Both the position numbers and the translations under genes were made by a program. Below are positions 9,197-17,665 of a stretch of DNA of 24,109 nucleotides, one piece after another. This DNA comes from Candidatus Scalinduaceae bacterium (lineage in GTDB: Bacteria; Planctomycetota; Brocadiia; Brocadiales; Scalinduaceae), in the NCBI GenBank assembly GCA_046759445.1, contig JBHICG010000053.1, positions 1-24,109 of the forward strand, given 5' to 3'. The notes beneath the pieces were generated by a model, which was given only the letters and a program-made list of their open reading frames with translations, searched no databases and was not told the DNA's origin. The stretch's first letter is position 1. Each line of letters begins with the position of its first letter.

Positions 9197-9961
9197 ATGG
9201 AGTTAACTACTGCAATATTGATTTTGTTGACCGGTTTAGTTGCAGGCTTTTTTAATACAGTAGCGGGTGGAGGATCTTTGTTGACCTTACCGGTGTTGAT
9301 ATTTCTTGGTCTCCCACCCGTCATCGCCAATGCAACCAATCGGGTAGCTATTGCTGTACAAAATATTTTTGCAGTTACTGGATTTAAGCGTAAGGGAGTA
9401 TCCAATATGAGATACAGTATCTTTCTGGCTGTTTCGGCAACACTTGGAGCAATCATAGGCGCTAAAATCGCATTGGATATCAAGGGAGAAGATTTTGAAC
9501 GGATATTGTCCATTGTCATGGTTATGGTATTGATTCTTATCCTTTGGAATCCTACCAGAAAACGGACCAAGGATAAGGAATTAATGAATACAAGACGCCA
9601 AATTACTGGTGTAATTGTCTTCTTTTTTGTGGGCATCTATGGAGGTTTTATTCAAGTTGGGGTCGGTTTTATAATTCTTGCTGCACTTACTCTGGTAAAC
9701 GGACTGGATTTGTTAAAAGCCAACAGTATTAAGGTAGGTGTTGTATTAGTATACACACTTGCAGCCGTAGTCATCTTTGCATACGAAGGTAAGATTTATT
9801 GGGTATACGGTTTGGTACTTTCTATTGGGAATGCGGCAGGGGGATGGATTGGAAGTCACTGGGCAGTTTCTAAAGGAGAAAAATGGATTCGAAGGTTACT
9901 TATAGTAGCAGTTGCACTAATGGCAATAAAACTTTCAGGACTTTTAAAGTTCTTGGGATAA
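9197..9961 (+). CDS. Sulfite exporter TauE/SafE family membrane protein
   Basis: AGFFNTVAGGGSLLTLP, ANATN and GIYGGFIQVGVG motifs; multiple TM segments; start at MELTT. Confidence 0.9.
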   Translation: MELTTAILILLTGLVAGFFNTVAGGGSLLTLPVLIFLGLPPVIANATNRVAIAVQNIFAVTGFKRKGVSNMRYSIFLAVSATLGAIIGAKIALDIKGEDFERILSIVMVMVLILILWNPTRKRTKDKELMNTRRQITGVIVFFFVGIYGGFIQVGVGFIILAALTLVNGLDLLKANSIKVGVVLVYTLAAVVIFAYEGKIYWVYGLVLSIGNAAGGWIGSHWAVSKGEKWIRRLLIVAVALMAIKLSGLLKFLG

Positions 9962-10216
9962 GCTACTTCTAAGCCAACGAACAAATTTTTTTTAAAATTG
10001 ATTTTTCCGGAGTAAAGACTTTAATACGATGCGTCGTTAGTCAGGATGTTCAACTCTTGATATCGCACTGAGTCAATTAGAATTTCAGTTTCTACGGTAT
10101 TTTTTTCTTTGCCAAAATATTTGTCATATGACAAAAGACATAAAGATTTGGGCACATGTATGAAAACTTAGTACATTACTTCCGTCAATCTGCACCAGCA
10201 ATCGGTGTAATTCCTA

Positions 10217-11446
10217 TTAATTTATGTGCACAATCTTACCGCCGACCATCACTGCGGAGATGAAGTCTTTCAGATGACTCCAATCATCAAGAGAAAGTTC
10301 AAGAGGATTGCGACTCCAGAAGATTAAGTCAGCGTCATATCCTACTCTAAGGCAGCCAATTTTATCTTGCATTCTTAAAAGTTTTGCCCCATTTAACGTA
10401 GCAGCCTCAAAGACATGCGGCGGACTAAGCCCAAATTTTCTCATGAAATACAGTTCCTTTAAGGAGGCATGTGGAGTAGTAAAACTTCCAGCATCAGAGG
10501 CAAAAAGCATATTGGCGAATGGTGAACCATCATCATTGAGGGAGGCAGCGTTTCTGAACATACTGGTTACTGCTGCCCATTCGTAGCCTGCTGCCGCCAA
10601 ACCAGAACCAGATTTTTGAGCATGCTCTAGACGGCACCAAAAACCTTCAAGGGTTGGTCCTAGAAAAATTCCCTGTTTCTGCATTTCTTTCAGGTGTTTT
10701 GCAGTAGCTTCAATGCAGTGTTCTATGCAATCTACCTTGTATTTTAACCCCATTTCGATAGTGTCATGGCCCTTGGCATGAATAGCGAAAAGAATACTCT
10801 TTGATATAGTTATTTTTCTAGCCAGATCAAATAGTGGCTCTGGAAATACGAATTTGTAAGTAAAATCATCTGGCAAAAAAGGTGATTCCGGGATAGCTTT
10901 CAATAAACCTGCCCCGGTTTCTTGCAATTCATCGAGTAGTTTTTGCAAATCTTCGTTATTTTGTACAACTCTTAAAAACTTGCTTGCAAAACTATCTTCC
11001 ACGCCGACTGTCCATGTAGAATAAACGGTCTTAGGAACAGGAACTCCTCTATTTTTTGCATCTAAAAGCCCATAATAAATATTAGCTGTTTTAATTCCTG
11101 GTGGCCCTTTGTCACAACAAGCTATTATACCTGCTTTGACAGTTGCACGTGCATTCTCCACCACCAGTTCAATCATCTCTTCAGGGGAATTAAGAATTAG
11201 CTCATAGGCTCTTTGCAGGGAAGCCTCTCCCAGCATAAGCCAATGCATATGGCAATTAACAAATCCTGCAGTCACAAAAAGATCGGCATGGCCTTGATAA
11301 GGCTCTGTGGAAATAATTTGACCATTCTTGACTTTTATTTGCTGCTGTTCCATGATAACTTCACCGTTTTCAATTCCCATTGAGCACACGGGGGTGGTAA
11401 CCAGGTGATTTCCTTTATCTATGAAAAAATCATTGTCTTTCACCAC
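10217..11446 (-). CDS. Metal-dependent amidohydrolase family protein
   Basis: GFVNCHMH (HxH), AIHA, IEH, ASDAG, AATLNGAKLL and G.L..GYDADL motifs. Confidence 0.85.
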   Translation of the reverse strand: MVKDNDFFIDKGNHLVTTPVCSMGIENGEVIMEQQQIKVKNGQIISTEPYQGHADLFVTAGFVNCHMHWLMLGEASLQRAYELILNSPEEMIELVVENARATVKAGIIACCDKGPPGIKTANIYYGLLDAKNRGVPVPKTVYSTWTVGVEDSFASKFLRVVQNNEDLQKLLDELQETGAGLLKAIPESPFLPDDFTYKFVFPEPLFDLARKITISKSILFAIHAKGHDTIEMGLKYKVDCIEHCIEATAKHLKEMQKQGIFLGPTLEGFWCRLEHAQKSGSGLAAAGYEWAAVTSMFRNAASLNDDGSPFANMLFASDAGSFTTPHASLKELYFMRKFGLSPPHVFEAATLNGAKLLRMQDKIGCLRVGYDADLIFWSRNPLELSLDDWSHLKDFISAVMVGGKIVHIN

Positions 11447-11566
11447 AATCTCCTATTAGATCGATAAAACTGATTTTAAGAGGTAGGAAAATCGAAATTT
11501 TAATTCCACAAAGTGTATTATATGCTTGTACATGAGGAGATAAGTCAAGTGTAATATTAATTACCC

Positions 11567-12886
11567 TTACGTCTTATTTTTCTTTTCATCTACAAAGTAC
11601 AAAAGCACAATTCCTATGACAAAGAAACCAACTAGCGATAAGATAGCGAGGCGAGATGTTCCCGTAATTTGGCGGATAATACCGAAAACAAAAGGCCCCC
11701 ATATTGCAGAGAATTTCTCAAATACTGAATAAAAACCAAAGAATTCTGAAGTTGCATTTATGGGAATCATCGCCCCGTATAATGACCTGCTTATGGCTTG
11801 AGAACCGCCAAGGACTAATCCTACTGCTATCCCCAATATCCAGAAATCGAGAGGGCTGGTTATAAAATATGCATAACACAGGATAGCTACCCAGAGAAAC
11901 AGGACAAATATCAGTATTTTCTTTGCTCCGAATGCCTTAGCAACCCGGCCGAATAACAATGCACCGCCTATTCCTATAAATTGTACTAACAAAAGTGTAC
12001 CCATAAGGACTTCGTCTTTAAGCCTTAGCTCATCCTTGCCAAAAATAACGGCCATCCTGATAACCGTCTGAATACCATCATTGTAAAACATAAATGCAAT
12101 CAGAAAAAAAGCCAGATTCCTGTGTTTCTTAACATTTAAAATCGTATTCCACGTTTGTAAGATACCAATTCTTAGATAAGTCCATGGAGCGTATTTGTTC
12201 TGATATTGTTGGGGGGGTGTTTTATTAGCTTTAGGCTCATATAGCCACATAAACGTAATTATTGCAAAGCCAGCCCACCAGATCCCTGAAAACAATAAAC
12301 TTAATCTTATCGCCAGTGTCTTGCTTATGCCGATCTTATCGTGCATCATGATTAAGGTCAGGCAGATTAGAAATTGCAGGCCACCACCAAGATACCCATA
12401 TGCATAGCCTTTACCAGAGACCAGATCAATCTCTTTTCTGGTAGTAATATGAGGTAGGAATGCGTCATAAAAGATATTTGCGCTGGTAAAACAGGCATTA
12501 GCAACGAAGAAAAATATCATAGTCATCCATACATCTCCGCTATGGCAAAAATATAAGAGTGCGGTGAACAGGCTTCCGCCGAAACAAAAGACCATCAAAA
12601 ATTGCTTCTTTGTTTCTGAAAGATCGGCAATTGCGCCAAGGGTAGGAGCCATTATGAACACGAGAAGAGCTGTAGTTCCAGAGAGAAATCCCCATAATGT
12701 AGCGGCATTAGTAACTATTTCTATGCCAGAGAATCTAAAAGTCCAGCCGCCTGATGGGACAATAACCGTGGCAAAGTATATGGGTAAAAGGGCCGCTATA
12801 ATTGTGGTTGCAAATGCCGAATTAGCCCAATCATACATACACCATGCAAAAATATTTCTATCCTTGCTATTTTCCATGTGTTTCAT
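11567..12886 (-). CDS. MFS transporter (UMF1/Atg22-like)
   Basis: WCMYDWANSAF, FYDAFLP, GYAYGYLGG, QAISRSLY and EFFGFY motifs; about 12 TM segments. Confidence 0.9.
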   Translation of the reverse strand: MKHMENSKDRNIFAWCMYDWANSAFATTIIAALLPIYFATVIVPSGGWTFRFSGIEIVTNAATLWGFLSGTTALLVFIMAPTLGAIADLSETKKQFLMVFCFGGSLFTALLYFCHSGDVWMTMIFFFVANACFTSANIFYDAFLPHITTRKEIDLVSGKGYAYGYLGGGLQFLICLTLIMMHDKIGISKTLAIRLSLLFSGIWWAGFAIITFMWLYEPKANKTPPQQYQNKYAPWTYLRIGILQTWNTILNVKKHRNLAFFLIAFMFYNDGIQTVIRMAVIFGKDELRLKDEVLMGTLLLVQFIGIGGALLFGRVAKAFGAKKILIFVLFLWVAILCYAYFITSPLDFWILGIAVGLVLGGSQAISRSLYGAMIPINATSEFFGFYSVFEKFSAIWGPFVFGIIRQITGTSRLAILSLVGFFVIGIVLLYFVDEKKNKT

Positions 12887-12933
12887 TTTATAAATTAAAT
12901 TTGATACTTAAACTCATTTTTTTCCATTATTAA

Positions 12934-12950
12934 TAGTATCTGTTGCGGAA
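12934..12950 (+). repeat. Solo copy of the 17-bp arm of the 17386-17451 inverted repeat
   Basis: TAGTATCTGTTGCGGAA is the exact reverse complement of 17434-17450. Confidence 0.8.
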
Positions 12951-13006
12951 ACACGATTTTACAAAAACAAGTTTGGTAACTTTTTTGACAAAGTAGATTT
13001 TAATTA

Positions 13007-13034
13007 TTGACAATAAGTCATAATTAAGCATAAT
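13007..13034 (+). promoter_or_regulatory. Candidate sigma70 promoter of rpmH
   Basis: TTGACA-16 nt-CATAAT; GAGG RBS just upstream of ATG 13083. Confidence 0.35.
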
Positions 13035-13082
13035 ATGTTTTACACAAGTATAAGCATATTCATAATAACAGAGGACAAAATC

Positions 13083-13214
13083 ATGAAGAAGAGGATTAGA
13101 AAAAGTGCTATTAAACGAGTCAGAATGTGTGGTTTTCGTAAGAGAATGAGAACAAAAGGAGGAAGGGCAATAATTAACAGGAGAAGGGCAAAAGGAAGAA
13201 AACTGAATGTATAG
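13083..13214 (+). CDS. rpmH: 50S ribosomal protein L34
   Basis: Hand translation [43 protein letters not shown] contains the L34 signature GFRxRMxTxxGRxIIxRRRxKGR. Too short for the ORF track. Confidence 0.95.
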   Translation: MKKRIRKSAIKRVRMCGFRKRMRTKGGRAIINRRRAKGRKLNV

Positions 13215-13238
13215 GTAATAACGGTAGATTAGCATTTT

Positions 13239-14504
13239 TCAATGTCTTACTGTTTTTTTCAACAAACATAATCTCAATATGTTCAAGGCTGCATTTGCAG
13301 CATGTTTTTTTATGTCTACTCTCGAACCGAAAAATCGATACTCTTCATTTTCCATGTCGTTATTTATTGACACTGCAACATAAATTAAACCCACCGGTTT
13401 TCCACTATCAATTTGTTCATCAATGCCTGTTGGACCAGCAATTCCAGTAATACCCAAACCTATATGTGCCCGTGCACGTTTTTTTATACCATCTGCCATA
13501 GCTTTTGTGACATCAGCGCTAACCACCCCAAATTTTTCGATGAGTTCTTTCGGAACATTTAGTAAATCCATCTTTGCCTTACTGCTATACGAAACAATCC
13601 CTTCCAGAAAGAATTTTGAGCTTCCCTGAATATTCGTCAATAAATTTGAAACTAACCCACCGGTACAAGACTCTGCAACAGCAAGTGTTACATTATGTTC
13701 TTTTAAGAGTTTCGAAACAACATCTTCAAGCATTTCTTTACCTTTGCTAAATACAGATACTCCTAATTCCCTGCAAATTATTTCTTCGGCCTCATCAAGG
13801 ATAGAAACAACCTTATCTTCCTTCTCACTACATGCCTCTATGTGTATAGAAACTATTCCATCCTTCACTAGTGTGCCAAAAGATAGGTATTCATCTGGTG
13901 TGATTAATTGCCTAATTTTCTTATCAAGCATAGATTCTGACATGCCAAACGTATTAATTACCCTGATGCACCTCTTTTTTCTCTTGTCTGTTTTACGAAG
14001 TATAAACGGAATAACCCAATCCTCCAACATTAACTTCATTTCAGTATGCACACCAGGCAAACAGATGATATTAGACCTGGAGAAGTTTATGAGAAAACCT
14101 TGAGATGTTCCAATTAAGTTGCGAATAACAATTCCACCTTCAGGAATCATTGCCTGTTTCAGATTATTAGCGTACATTTGACCGTGTATATTAACAGTTA
14201 AACGTTCAATATGATTCATAGATTTTTCATCTGCTATCAATTTAACACCACATAAATCAGCTACGGTTTCTCTAGTGATATCGTCCACTGTAGGTCCTAA
14301 TCCTCCAGTTATTAAGATCAAATTTGCTCTTCCTAATGCAGTATGTAATACCGATTTTAGACCTTTGATGTCATCTCCTACAATAGTTTGGCTTGTAATA
14401 ACAAGACCAATTTCTGTTAGTTTTGACGCAATAAATGGTGCATTTCTATCCATAATCTTTCCGCTAACAAGCTCTGAGCCAACAGATATTATTTCCACCT
14501 TCAT
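13239..14504 (-). CDS. cinA: Competence/damage-inducible protein A (MoCF-like domain + NMN deamidase PncC domain)
   Basis: VGSELVSG, TGGLGPTVDDITRE, LPGV, AVAESCTGG and GITGIAGP motifs. Confidence 0.95.
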   Translation of the reverse strand: MKVEIISVGSELVSGKIMDRNAPFIASKLTEIGLVITSQTIVGDDIKGLKSVLHTALGRANLILITGGLGPTVDDITRETVADLCGVKLIADEKSMNHIERLTVNIHGQMYANNLKQAMIPEGGIVIRNLIGTSQGFLINFSRSNIICLPGVHTEMKLMLEDWVIPFILRKTDKRKKRCIRVINTFGMSESMLDKKIRQLITPDEYLSFGTLVKDGIVSIHIEACSEKEDKVVSILDEAEEIICRELGVSVFSKGKEMLEDVVSKLLKEHNVTLAVAESCTGGLVSNLLTNIQGSSKFFLEGIVSYSSKAKMDLLNVPKELIEKFGVVSADVTKAMADGIKKRARAHIGLGITGIAGPTGIDEQIDSGKPVGLIYVAVSINNDMENEEYRFFGSRVDIKKHAANAALNILRLCLLKKTVRH

Positions 14505-14907
14505 AATATATTTGATTTTGTGGGTAAACCTATTATGACAGAATCTAGGTCAGTAAAACCCGGAAAGATAATTCTTGTGCATAATAATTACGTGGCCCGA
14601 CCCATTTGTTCACTTACAAGGTTATTATCAGAAACACATTATAGTTTACATATCATTCTGAACCTTCGCCATTACTGTAAATTACTTTATGCTCTCAGTA
14701 GTATATAGGGTATGTCAAAGTTGTCAGGGAGTAATCCGGTATATTGAAAATTAAATAGACGGTTTATGGCCATCCTCATAGAGTTCGTAAGGAAGCCCTT
14801 ATAACCTAAACTTTTTGAAGCAGACAGGAAGGTCTTGAAGATAAAACTAATATTGTTCTTTGGTATTCTTTTTTTAGAAGTAAGTTTTTCTATGTATTGT
14901 GAGAAAC

Positions 14908-15867
14908 TTAGTCTTTAACAGTGGTTGTATTCCCATATACGTATAAAGTGTTTTTGCCCACCCTCTTTGCTTGATACAGGGCTTCGTCTGACTTCTTTAT
15001 TAAGGACTCATGTGTATGGGCATCATCAGGATAACCGGCAAGTCCTGCACTTATTGTTAATGTGTTTCCTTGAATTCCTTTGAATTTAGAGGATGCAACA
15101 CTATTAACGACTCTATTTCCGAATAAGTAACCATGTTCCTTATCCGTTTCTGATAAGATTATGGCGAATTCTTCCCCACCGTATCTTATAACAGGGTCAG
15201 TCTTTCTTGCAAGTGACACAAATATCGAAGCCATCTTTTTTAATATATTGTCACCTGTTTGATGGCCATATTTATCGTTAAATTTTTTGAAATCATCTAT
15301 ATCAATCATTAATAATGAAAAATTACGCTTATATCTATTAGCCCTTGCAATCTCACTATCCAATAAATTATGAAAAAATCTATGATTGTATAAACCTGTA
15401 AGACCATCAACACGCGAAATTTGCTCATAATACTCTCGTTCTGCTGCACGTTTCTCAAGGATTCTTTTGTATAGTGTCTTTTCAACTATAATATTAAAAT
15501 ACTCCATATCAAGGGGTTTTGCTATATAATCAGTAGCTCCAAGCTTCATACTCTCCACAGCAGTTTCTACAGAAGGGAATTCTGTCATTACAACCAAATC
15601 AGAGTTAGGGGAGATTTTTTTAGACTTTTTAACGAATTCAATCCCTGAAAAATTTGGTAACTCTAGCTCAGTAATAATCAAATCATAAATTCCTTTCTTT
15701 AATTTATTAATTGCATTTTGTGCGTCCAAAAAGGTACTTACCTTATATCCTTTACCTTCCAGACTGTTTCTTAAAACCTTCAAGGTGTCCTCTTTACAAT
15801 CAACAATCATAATTGCGGGATTTGCTGGTGTGGTTCCCTCTGTTAATTGTTTATCATATTTATTCAC
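14908..15867 (-). CDS. Receiver-domain diguanylate cyclase (REC-GGDEF)
   Basis: N-terminal REC fold, then DGLTGLYN, DIDDFKKFNDKYGHQTGD, RxxD I-site (RKTD) and RYGGEEF. Confidence 0.93.
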   Translation of the reverse strand: MNKYDKQLTEGTTPANPAIMIVDCKEDTLKVLRNSLEGKGYKVSTFLDAQNAINKLKKGIYDLIITELELPNFSGIEFVKKSKKISPNSDLVVMTEFPSVETAVESMKLGATDYIAKPLDMEYFNIIVEKTLYKRILEKRAAEREYYEQISRVDGLTGLYNHRFFHNLLDSEIARANRYKRNFSLLMIDIDDFKKFNDKYGHQTGDNILKKMASIFVSLARKTDPVIRYGGEEFAIILSETDKEHGYLFGNRVVNSVASSKFKGIQGNTLTISAGLAGYPDDAHTHESLIKKSDEALYQAKRVGKNTLYVYGNTTTVKD

Positions 15868-15912
15868 AGTCTTAACATCCTAAAGTTTTAATCTATTCTT
15901 TTATTTCTCTCT

Positions 15913-16977
15913 TTATTTATAAAGACTTGGTGTAGATACCCCGGCTTCAGAGAATGTATCCAACTGCGTCAGGATTTTCACACCAGCCTCAACCAGATTA
16001 AGACCCAATACAGCTCCTGTACCTTCCCCAAGCCTTAAATCCAGATCCAGGATTGCCTTTTTCCCCAATTTCTCCAATGCTATGCGATGTCCATTCTCTG
16101 CGGACATATGAGATGCGATGAGGTAATTGCTCACCTTTGGTTCTATTGCACATGCTATTAAGGCCGCAGCGGTGGAGATAAATCCGTCAATCAATACTGG
16201 TATCCTGTATCTGGCGGCAGCAAGGCAAAGTCCAGCAATTCCACCGATTTCAAATCCTCCTACCTTAGCAAGGACATCAATTGGATCTAAGGGATCAGGT
16301 CTATTAACGTTTAATGCCCTTTTGATAACACTGATTTTCCTTTCTACTCCCCGTTCATCTAAACCGGTACCTTTTCCAGTTACTTTACTTGCATCTTGCC
16401 CTGTTAAACATGCTATTATCGCGCTACTTGGTGTAGTATTAGCTATTCCCATATCACCAGTAGCAATAATATCCAAACCGTTACAAAGTTCATCGCTAAG
16501 GACCTCTATCCCGACTTCCAAAGATTTTATTGCCTGTTCTGTAGACATTGCGGGACCATGAGCAATATTATCTGTTCCATATCCAACCTTTTTAATCTTT
16601 AAACATTCTATCAATTCGAGTTCTGCATTCACACCACAATCTACTACAATAACCCTTGCGCCTACATGTTGTGCGAAAACGCTTATCGTTGCACCACCAT
16701 CAAGAAAGTTCTTGACCATTTGCCTGGTTACCTCTTGGGGGAAAGCACTTACCCCTTCTCTGCAAACTCCATGGTCACCAGCCATTGTAAATACAACTTT
16801 ATCTTTTATTTCGTCGTTAACAGAACCTTTTATTGAGGCATAAATGATTGCAAATTCCTCTAAACGCCCAAGACTTCCCAAAGGAATGGCTAATTTATTT
16901 AATCTGTTTCGTATCTCTCCATTTGAATCTATAGAGACCTCCTCTATATTCTCTATTGTTTGATTTAAAAGTTTCAC
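15913..16977 (-). CDS. cobT: Nicotinate-nucleotide--dimethylbenzimidazole phosphoribosyltransferase
   Basis: PLGSLGRLE, AGDHGV, GDMGIANTT, GGFEIGG, DGFIS and LRLGEGTGA motifs. Confidence 0.96.
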   Translation of the reverse strand: MKLLNQTIENIEEVSIDSNGEIRNRLNKLAIPLGSLGRLEEFAIIYASIKGSVNDEIKDKVVFTMAGDHGVCREGVSAFPQEVTRQMVKNFLDGGATISVFAQHVGARVIVVDCGVNAELELIECLKIKKVGYGTDNIAHGPAMSTEQAIKSLEVGIEVLSDELCNGLDIIATGDMGIANTTPSSAIIACLTGQDASKVTGKGTGLDERGVERKISVIKRALNVNRPDPLDPIDVLAKVGGFEIGGIAGLCLAAARYRIPVLIDGFISTAAALIACAIEPKVSNYLIASHMSAENGHRIALEKLGKKAILDLDLRLGEGTGAVLGLNLVEAGVKILTQLDTFSEAGVSTPSLYK

Positions 16978-17385
16978 TATTTGGGGTCTTAAATTTTTAT
17001 CCTGTTTTCTTGTAATTCAGATTTAAAAGCTTCCTTGATGCCTTCATCTGACTGGGAGTTGTCCTTCTGATGTTGAAAAACCTAATTGTTAACTTTGCTA
17101 AACTGAAAAAGTTAATGTGCGAATAACTTTTAACATGTGCAATTTCATTCAAACAAGAGTTGATGTTTATGGGGGTAGATATGTATACGAAATTAGCCAT
17201 TTGGCCTGAAACTTTTAGATATCAGCAGTTGTTTTTGATAATACATAGATTCAGAAAGGATTAATATCGCTATTTTGTTTTAATTGACAATAACTTGAAC
17301 AGCATTCCACATGCTGGTTTGTACATAGATGATAATTTTGTCAAGCAAACGGATTATACTTTTGACATCATCTTTGTCAATATAA

Positions 17386-17451
17386 TTAGTATCTGTTGTG
17401 GAAAACTTAAATTCCCAAAAATGTCATTGACAATTCCGCAACAGATACTAA
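17386..17451. repeat. 66-bp element with 18-bp terminal inverted repeats (MITE-like)
   Basis: TTAGTATCTGTTGTGGAA ... TTCCGCAACAGATACTAA (17/18 match) with a 30-bp spacer. Confidence 0.75.
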
Positions 17452-17611
17452 GTAGGATGTTATGAAAAAAGTTTAAAACATTCTTCGCTCCAGCCTTAAA
17501 CCAATCTTTGATCATGTTGAAAACTTAACAAATTTATTTTATCAGAGCCATAATTCCTAAAAAGAGCAATTTTAGAGTTGCACAGGAATAACAATCTTTA
17601 TTAGATTTTCG

Positions 17612-17639
17612 TTGACAGCACTGTATCATTGTATAAAAT
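17612..17639 (+). promoter_or_regulatory. Candidate sigma70 promoter of the sigma54 activator gene
   Basis: TTGACA-16 nt-TAAAAT; argues that the true start codon is 17666 (or 17648), not the TTG at 17612. Confidence 0.45.
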
Positions 17640-17665
17640 CTACTAAAATGCAAATCGATAGAAAT

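Noticed and set aside
12930..13235. 101-aa minus-strand ORF
   Set aside because: Antisense shadow of rpmH and its AT-rich promoter region; no recognisable motifs.
14520..14580. GGTAAACCTA...TAGGTCAGTAAAACC, loosely like a c-di-GMP-I riboswitch near a cyclase gene
   Set aside because: Lacks the GNRA loop and GCAAA core, and lies on the + strand with no downstream + gene. An Infernal/Rfam search would settle it.
16978..17385. Possible cobalamin riboswitch or 67-aa ORF (16997-17200) upstream of cobT
   Set aside because: No B12-box or GGGAA/GCCACTG elements seen; the ORF has no clear RBS and no family resemblance.
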